Assembly (NCBI GenBank): GCA_018238545.1
Contig: JABCTC010000004.1
Location: 1 to 64,000, forward strand
Length of the DNA stretch: 64,000 nt
Direction: 5' to 3'
Origin: Candidatus Heimdallarchaeota archaeon
GTDB taxonomy: Archaea; Asgardarchaeota; Heimdallarchaeia; Heimdallarchaeales; Heimdallarchaeaceae
Shown: one piece after another, positions 57,464-64,000 of the stretch
How positions within the stretch are numbered: the stretch's first letter is position 1
Layout of the letters: every line of letters begins with the position of its first letter
The notes under the pieces: model-generated
The model's input: only the letters and a program-made list of their open reading frames with translations
Told to the model about the DNA's origin: nothing
Databases searched by the model: none
Program-made: the position numbers and the translations under genes

Positions 57464-57967
57464 ATGGCTCAACAAAATCAACCTTTTGGGTTCAAAGTGA
57501 GACAAAGATTCTTTGCCTTGACCGCTACTTATGACATCGAGGATATGGCTACAGGACAACAGATCTTCAAAGCTAAGCGGAAGTTCTTCACTTTCTTTAA
57601 AACTATAATAATCGAAGATATGCAAGGAAGAGAAGTTGTGAGACTTAAAGCTAACTTGTTATTTATGAATAAATGGAAAATTATTCAAAATGGGCATGTT
57701 GTAGGTTTAGTTAAATTCCCTCTTATACGATTCTGTGGTATAAAGTTTTCAGTTGAATTAGCGGGTAACGAATATCATGCTTCAGATCTTTTAGCATATT
57801 CATTTACTGCAAGAAACTTGAATAATCAGATAGGTTTCACATTAGATAGAAGAATTCTAACTATAAAAGACACTTACAAAGTAGATGTATATCCTCCTTT
57901 GGAACCAATATTCGGTCTAGCTGCAACTTTGGCAATTGATTATAGATTTTTCCAAAATAGAAATTAA
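57464..57967 (+). CDS. LURP-one/scramblase-like (Tubby C-terminal-like) protein
   Basis: F.VRQRFF....YDIED..G; DTYKVDV; AID. Confidence 0.75.
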   Translation: MAQQNQPFGFKVRQRFFALTATYDIEDMATGQQIFKAKRKFFTFFKTIIIEDMQGREVVRLKANLLFMNKWKIIQNGHVVGLVKFPLIRFCGIKFSVELAGNEYHASDLLAYSFTARNLNNQIGFTLDRRILTIKDTYKVDVYPPLEPIFGLAATLAIDYRFFQNRN

Positions 57968-58030
57968 TTCAATTTCTACTTTTTTTTCCTTTTGAAAGGT
58001 TTTTAAATAACTTTTTTTGTGGATTGATAG

Positions 58031-58903
58031 ATGAAAAAAGAAATCAAGGATCTTCTAGACAATTACTCAGTCTCTGAATATGAAAAATTAGCAAAAGCTC
58101 AAGATTTAGTTATGTCAGATAATACTTCAATTAGAGTGTTAACAAGCAAACCTGAAAAAAGCAAAGCAAACGGTTATGTTCTATTTGTAGTGCCAGGCTG
58201 GTCTACAGTTGTTCCTGCCTGGGAAAAGTTCTTGATGGAAGCAATGAAAGATTTTGAGATAGTATATTTTGAATCTAGGGAAAAAGCATCTAGTGGACTT
58301 ACAAGAAAATCTGAAGTTGGAATGCCTCGTATGGCTCTTGATTTAAAAGAAGTGATTGAACAATTAAAACTTGATGAAAAAAAACTAGTTATGTTCGGTT
58401 CATGTATAGGTGCAACAACTATTGTTTGTGGCTTAGTAGATAAGTTATATAATCCACATTTACCAGTGTTAGTGGCTCCTCCTGCAAGATTTGAGTATCC
58501 GGAATTTCACAGACCCTTCATAGCCATAACTCCTTCATTCTTTCTTAATATTGCAAAACCTTTGGGAAGATTCTGGTTAATTAAATTCAAATCAGGGTCG
58601 CCACAACAAGCTGCAAAATACATTAGAGCTTTAGAGGAAGCTGATGGTTTCAAATGGAAGAAAATGGGACTTTATCTTGCTTACAAAAGATACTGGAAAG
58701 TGTTTCCCTTGGTTGAAAATCATGTCTTACTCATTGCTGCTGAAAATGATAAGATGCACGATGCGAAAGTAACAAGAAAAGTGAAGGACCTAATAAAAAA
58801 CGCTCAATATATTGATCTGAAAACCAATGAAAATACTCATTCTAAAGTTATGATAGACACAATAAGAGAGCATATACCGAAATTTAAAGGTCTTAATCAC
58901 TAA
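58031..58903 (+). CDS. alpha/beta fold hydrolase
   Basis: VPGW, FGSCIGA elbow, DKMH. Confidence 0.75.
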   Translation: MKKEIKDLLDNYSVSEYEKLAKAQDLVMSDNTSIRVLTSKPEKSKANGYVLFVVPGWSTVVPAWEKFLMEAMKDFEIVYFESREKASSGLTRKSEVGMPRMALDLKEVIEQLKLDEKKLVMFGSCIGATTIVCGLVDKLYNPHLPVLVAPPARFEYPEFHRPFIAITPSFFLNIAKPLGRFWLIKFKSGSPQQAAKYIRALEEADGFKWKKMGLYLAYKRYWKVFPLVENHVLLIAAENDKMHDAKVTRKVKDLIKNAQYIDLKTNENTHSKVMIDTIREHIPKFKGLNH

Positions 58904-58943
58904 TCACATTAGATTTTAATATTCATACTATCTATTTTTATTT

Positions 58944-60014
58944 GTGAAGATCAAGAGCTTAGGATTAGACAATATACGTTCTGTAGAATGGATAGATGAT
59001 ACCGAAAGTTTGCAACTGATTGACCAAAGACTAATTCCATTTCGTGTAGCATTTGTTCAGTTAACTTCTGTTGAAGACGTTTGTAGATCTATAAAAGAAA
59101 TGGTTGTTCGAGGAGCACCTGCAATTGGTGCCACGGCTGCATACGGCATGGTACTATCAGTTAAAGAAGCAAATAATGTTTCCAAACAAGCAAGAAAAGA
59201 GTCTTTTGAAAGAAATTATAATGATATCCTTTCCACTCGTCCAACTGCAATTGATTTAAGTAATTTTGCTAAGAAGATATACGATAAAGCACTTGAAACT
59301 GATTATTCTTTTGATGAATCGCTCAAAGTTGCCAAGATTTCAGTTGATAAAATGGTTGAAGAGTGTAAAAACATAGGTGAAAAGAGCACGGATTATATAG
59401 AAGATGGGGATTCAATATTAACTCATTGTAATGCAGGACCATTAGCAACAATTGACTTTGGTACTGCTTTGGCTCCTTTTTACAAGGCCAAAGAAGATGG
59501 GAAGGAGATAACAGTCTATGTGGATGAAACAAGACCTAGATTACAAGGTGCAAAAATAACTGCTTGGGAGTTAGAACAAGCTGAGATCAAACATAAAATC
59601 ATACCTGACTCTGCTGCATCTTTTCTCATGTCAAAGGGCAAGATTAACAAAGTAATCCTGGGAGCTGATAGATGTTTGAAAGATGGAACAATTTCGAATA
59701 AAATAGGAACACTATCAGTAGCAGTGAATGCAAAATATTTTGATATACCTTTCTATTCATCATTTCCATGGTCAACAATAGATCTTGAATCAGATTCTAT
59801 TGAAGATTTCAAAATTGAATATAGAGATGAGAAAGAAGTAAAATATGTAACAAGTTATGAAGATGAGATGTTAATAGCCAATCCTAAATCTAACGCTTTA
59901 AACCCAGCATTTGATATAACTCCTCCTGAACTCATAACTGGTTATTTTACTCCAGATGGAGTATTATCTCTAAATGTATTGAAAAGTAAGATAAAAAGTT
60001 TAAATAAAAAATAA
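58944..60014 (+). CDS. mtnA: S-methyl-5-thioribose-1-phosphate isomerase
   Basis: IDQR, VRGAPAIG, RPTA, THCNAG, ETRPRLQG, GADR, NKIGT, NPAFD. Confidence 0.92.
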   Translation: MKIKSLGLDNIRSVEWIDDTESLQLIDQRLIPFRVAFVQLTSVEDVCRSIKEMVVRGAPAIGATAAYGMVLSVKEANNVSKQARKESFERNYNDILSTRPTAIDLSNFAKKIYDKALETDYSFDESLKVAKISVDKMVEECKNIGEKSTDYIEDGDSILTHCNAGPLATIDFGTALAPFYKAKEDGKEITVYVDETRPRLQGAKITAWELEQAEIKHKIIPDSAASFLMSKGKINKVILGADRCLKDGTISNKIGTLSVAVNAKYFDIPFYSSFPWSTIDLESDSIEDFKIEYRDEKEVKYVTSYEDEMLIANPKSNALNPAFDITPPELITGYFTPDGVLSLNVLKSKIKSLNKK

Positions 60015-60029
60015 AAAAGGAAAAAAGGA

Positions 60030-62210
60030 TTATTTTCTTCGTTTAATGATAACTACTAGAGCTGTCACACTTAAGAAACCAAGAACAGTAATAAGAACCC
60101 CAGGAGCATCAATTGAAACAGTATTACTTGGTGTTTCAGGTTCGGTTGGATCTTCTGTATCATTTATCCCATCATCTGGACTAACAAATACTTCAATGAA
60201 ATCGTAAGATTCATTACCATATACATCAAACGCTACTATTTCGAAAAGCCAGTATCCAACAGTTAGATAACTTAGATCTAATACAAATTCTTCAGTTGTA
60301 CTACTAGCATAAACAAATGCTACTTCAGTAGAGTTTTGCCACACGGTGTAATTATCTAGATTATCATCGTATATAGTCCATTTGAGTGTAATATTATGAC
60401 CTTCTTCCATGTTTATTGGTGTTCCAGTGTGAGTAAGTGTAGGTTCTTTAACATCAACAGTTCCTGAACCCTCTGCATGTATTATGAAGTGGATATAGTT
60501 TTCATGACCCATTGTATCATTAGCCATAATACTAAATTCATAATCTCCAGCGGTGAATATATGCTCTTTTGGTTTGAATGAAATAGTTTTGCCATCTGTA
60601 TATATTCCTGACTCTATGATTGTTCCATCAAATTTAACCGCATAATTGGTAGGATCTATGTCAAATAATTGCCAATAGAATGTAATATCGTCTCCAATCC
60701 AATACCAATAATCTCCGGTTGGCCCAGCAATCACTGGAGTATCTGGAGAGAGAACTTCGACAGTTACATAAAGATCAATTGATACTCCTTCATTGTCTTC
60801 AAATACAATTAGATAATCATATATTCCTTCTGATAATCCATAATCATATAACCATATGGTATCATTTTGATAACCTTCCCAGTAATCCATGTAACTATAA
60901 ACAAATCCATCCCATTTATAGGTTTGAACTGTCCAGTTTGTATCAGAATAAACATTAAATGGACTATCAAGTTCGGATCCTATTAGTGTAATGTAATCAG
61001 GTCCTTCTATCCACGAAGGTCCCCAAGTTGGAATGACTGTTCTTTCTTCATCTAGGTAGAATTCCCAAGTTGAATTAAGATTATGATTAAAGTCATCATA
61101 TACAACAAATTTTATCCAATGTCCATTAGTTGGTCCATCGAAAGGTATATCGTCTACAAAAACATCGTATTCATTATAACCAGAGGAAACGGAACTAACA
61201 GTATCATACAGATTTTCATCCAAATATACTTCCACTGTAACAGATGGTCCAGCATTCAATATATCAAATGGGATTGTCATCCAAGTAGTATTGTATATCC
61301 TATTATCAAAGGCATAAGGTAATAATGCAGGAATTTCTACATCTGTTGCTCCACCATAAGCTGCGGTTGAACCAACAAGTTTCCAAACCTGAGAGTAAGT
61401 ATACTTAGTGTTATCATGACCTGACAGATTTGTTCCAAGTTCTGTACTGTAACCTCCAAAAGTTCCATAATCATCATAGATTATTGTTTGCTTTAATTCG
61501 AGCATATAGCCTGTTGCAGGATCAATGTAAGCAGTGAAGTAAGATGTAAAATCTTCGTATATTGTATAGCTCACATCATATTGATATTGTGTCCAACTTC
61601 CACTTGAAGTGTAGGAATAGGAATAAACATCAACTGTAATTGGTGTTGTTACACCGTTTATAGTATAAGATACAGTTGTTGTGGTATTATATACAGAAAC
61701 ACTGTAAATATAAGCTGGATCAAAATTCAATGTAGGTGCAAAAGTGTCATATATGTTAGCAGGAGAGAAATAACTATAGTTGTAATTTGAGTCATAATAA
61801 TGATCATGAGAGTAATCAAATTCCCAAGATGTCATTGGATAATTATATACATAGTCCATGCCAGTATAGTGATTTGTTCCATAATAATATGAACTAACTT
61901 TATCAGCTGTTACTGTGCTGGATGTATTTCCAGTTATGAAATAGCTTTGTAATTCTGTTTGTGTATTTGTATCATCATAAATATACCAATGCGACATGTC
62001 ATAGTAGGGATCAAAGTTTGGTTCAAATTCATACCAAATTTGAAAATCTCCTTCATATCGATCAATATAGTTAATCTCATAGAGAAGTTGTTCACCAGGT
62101 AAAACATCCTGATAAGCGGTTGCATTACTGATACCAAATCCTCCAATTAATAAAGATAATATTATTGTTGTGCAAATAAAATAACTTGAACCCCTTTTCA
62201 AGTTTATCAC
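60030..62210 (-). CDS. large Tyr/Asp/Thr-rich surface protein with Ig-like repeats and C-terminal anchor
   Basis: Signal peptide; repeated G.Y.F.I.A.D..G; PT-rich linker, APG+TM+KRRK. Confidence 0.8.
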   Translation of the reverse strand: MINLKRGSSYFICTTIILSLLIGGFGISNATAYQDVLPGEQLLYEINYIDRYEGDFQIWYEFEPNFDPYYDMSHWYIYDDTNTQTELQSYFITGNTSSTVTADKVSSYYYGTNHYTGMDYVYNYPMTSWEFDYSHDHYYDSNYNYSYFSPANIYDTFAPTLNFDPAYIYSVSVYNTTTTVSYTINGVTTPITVDVYSYSYTSSGSWTQYQYDVSYTIYEDFTSYFTAYIDPATGYMLELKQTIIYDDYGTFGGYSTELGTNLSGHDNTKYTYSQVWKLVGSTAAYGGATDVEIPALLPYAFDNRIYNTTWMTIPFDILNAGPSVTVEVYLDENLYDTVSSVSSGYNEYDVFVDDIPFDGPTNGHWIKFVVYDDFNHNLNSTWEFYLDEERTVIPTWGPSWIEGPDYITLIGSELDSPFNVYSDTNWTVQTYKWDGFVYSYMDYWEGYQNDTIWLYDYGLSEGIYDYLIVFEDNEGVSIDLYVTVEVLSPDTPVIAGPTGDYWYWIGDDITFYWQLFDIDPTNYAVKFDGTIIESGIYTDGKTISFKPKEHIFTAGDYEFSIMANDTMGHENYIHFIIHAEGSGTVDVKEPTLTHTGTPINMEEGHNITLKWTIYDDNLDNYTVWQNSTEVAFVYASSTTEEFVLDLSYLTVGYWLFEIVAFDVYGNESYDFIEVFVSPDDGINDTEDPTEPETPSNTVSIDAPGVLITVLGFLSVTALVVIIKRRK

Positions 62211-62325
62211 CTATTAAATTTTATCTTCAAAGTATTTAAATAAAAGGATAAGGGAAAGCGTGAAAGTAAGCCAGAATGAATTATTGCTATACATTAAAAA
62301 ATAAAAAAAAAGAGTAAAAAAGGAT

Positions 62326-63288
62326 TTACTTCCTTTTTCTAGCTAAAACTACTACTAATCCAATAGCTACAAAAGAAACTAATACACCAACAAATGGGAA
62401 GGGTAAGAAGAAACCAGATTTTATTACAACCTCTATAGGTTGGAATTCCATTTGAGAACTTCCAGAAGTATCTTTTTCTAATGATCTGATTAGTAAACCA
62501 GTTTTTAGTTCATAGTGAGTATCAACTTCACCAACATCATCTAATCCAAAGGTTGCTGTGTTAATATATTCCACATTCATACAATCATAAGCATCTCCTT
62601 GAGTAGTAGTAATTGGTTCAAATTCGTCCACTACACCATTTGAAGGCTCAAAACTGACTGTATCAGCTACATTACCATGAGGATTAACTGCGTAAGGTGT
62701 ATATGCATTATACGATAATAAAACAGCATTAATTATCGCGAATGAGAATATCATCCCAAAATAATCCACATAGTTGGTTTCAGATCCATCCATATCTTCC
62801 CACAGGTAAGACACACCTTCAATAGTGATATTTGCTTTGTCGAAATCCATCATTCCAGCTGTATCTTTTAGATAGAGAATATCTACTGAAGCTTCCCAGG
62901 TAGCGTTTCTCATCATCAATGTTGCTGCAGGTAGGAAAGTTGTTCTATTATGTTCAAAAACAGCAGCTGTTATTTCCATTACGGTCATATCATCAGCTCC
63001 AAGAGGATTTTCCCCATCTGCTTGAAATTCGTATAGAACCTTGAAATTGACAAGATTGAGAAGAGTGTTTGTGTCGTTCCATATTTCGTCTACTGAAAGT
63101 GTCATATACGCCATCAAAACGTCATTGTGAGTTGAATTTGTATAAAGGTATTTTCCTTTTACATAACTACCTTCAGTTACTACTAACTGGTCAGATAAAA
63201 GTGCTCCTTGAGATAGAGCTGAAAAACAAATAGATGCGACCAGTAACCCCGTTATTAAAATTGTAAATGATTTGACTTTTCTATTCAT
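62326..63288 (-). CDS. secreted surface protein with C-terminal anchor
   Basis: Signal peptide; YELKTGLLI; LPFP+TM+RKRK. Confidence 0.75.
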   Translation of the reverse strand: MNRKVKSFTILITGLLVASICFSALSQGALLSDQLVVTEGSYVKGKYLYTNSTHNDVLMAYMTLSVDEIWNDTNTLLNLVNFKVLYEFQADGENPLGADDMTVMEITAAVFEHNRTTFLPAATLMMRNATWEASVDILYLKDTAGMMDFDKANITIEGVSYLWEDMDGSETNYVDYFGMIFSFAIINAVLLSYNAYTPYAVNPHGNVADTVSFEPSNGVVDEFEPITTTQGDAYDCMNVEYINTATFGLDDVGEVDTHYELKTGLLIRSLEKDTSGSSQMEFQPIEVVIKSGFFLPFPFVGVLVSFVAIGLVVVLARKRK

Positions 63289-63382
63289 TGTAATAAAATA
63301 TAATTAATTTCTACATTATATAGTTTTTGTTAAAGAAAATTAGAGGAAATTAATCTGCAACTAGAGAACTATCTAAGACATT

Positions 63383-64000
63383 TCAGGATTCGTGTATTTT
63401 GGCTAGTTTTGTTTTCATCATATAATTTTCTAGCTGTTGATAGTTCTGGGAAACATCCATATCAAGACCAAAACCAAGGTCTTCAATAAGAACTGTGCCC
63501 ATTTTCATTTTGAAGGCTCGTTCCAAGACTATGACTGCATCTTTAAGTTTTGCACGTCTAAGAACAAGCTTAAAGAGCTTTGTCCATGTAGCAGGACGTC
63601 GGAAAACATACCAAGCAACAGCCCAGAATGATCGTTTTCTTCGAAGTCTACTTATATCAGCTATTATTTGTTCACCTTCAAGAATTGCCTTTTTACTCAG
63701 AGTAAACATCTCACCTGGAAAAATCTGACAATCTGTAAAATCACCAGTAACTCTCCCCGCTTCAGGGAACTCCTTTTGACATAGTCCATAAGGAACTACA
63801 GAGAGAATGAAATCATATTCTCTCATCTCCATAACAGCTTCAAGGAACTCATCTATTTTTTCAACAGTAATCGCTGGTGTATCTGCCATACAGATAACAT
63901 ATTCATCAAATGATTTTCCTCTAGCCTTCAAATGTTGATATCCTTCAACATATTTTTCACTTAAATCTGCAAAAAAATCAACAGGAATATATTCAACTGC
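63383..64000 (-). CDS. MobA-like nucleotidyltransferase family protein (5' end outside the window)
   Basis: Frame is open to the window edge; ADTPAIT and C-terminal LDMD motifs. Confidence 0.7.
   Translation of the reverse strand, partial: AVEYIPVDFFADLSEKYVEGYQHLKARGKSFDEYVICMADTPAITVEKIDEFLEAVMEMREYDFILSVVPYGLCQKEFPEAGRVTGDFTDCQIFPGEMFTLSKKAILEGEQIIADISRLRRKRSFWAVAWYVFRRPATWTKLFKLVLRRAKLKDAVIVLERAFKMKMGTVLIEDLGFGLDMDVSQNYQQLENYMMKTKLAKIHES

Overview
AT-rich, gene-dense archaeal chromosomal segment. An Arf-family GTPase, a 7TM+longin-like protein, NreA with a PIP box, Mtd, AOR, GGTGA-type ribosome-binding sites and many C-terminally anchored surface proteins point to an Asgard archaeon, probably Heimdallarchaeia (inference). 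The centrepiece (24786-40049) is a self-contained acyl-chain biosynthesis cluster. It comprises biotin carboxylase, BCCP, carboxyltransferase, biotin ligase, a coupled alpha/beta hydrolase and a ~3350-aa type I FAS/PKS megasynthase with the order ER'-ER-KS-AT-KS-ACP-ACP-KR-DH-PPTase. Both of its ACPs have Thr instead of the canonical Ser at the phosphopantetheine site. Other points of note: a solo TnpB with a rearranged RuvC-II flanked by imperfect inverted repeats; an opine dehydrogenase/B12-enzyme operon with a uORF and an RBS-sequestering hairpin; a CxxC-x17-CxxC gene with a hidden third finger in the -1 frame after an A9 run; a subtilase cassette bracketed by a 381-bp duplicated gene 3' end; and two structured intergenic elements. 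No rRNA, tRNA or CRISPR array was recognised. All calls come from motif reading; no database searches were run.
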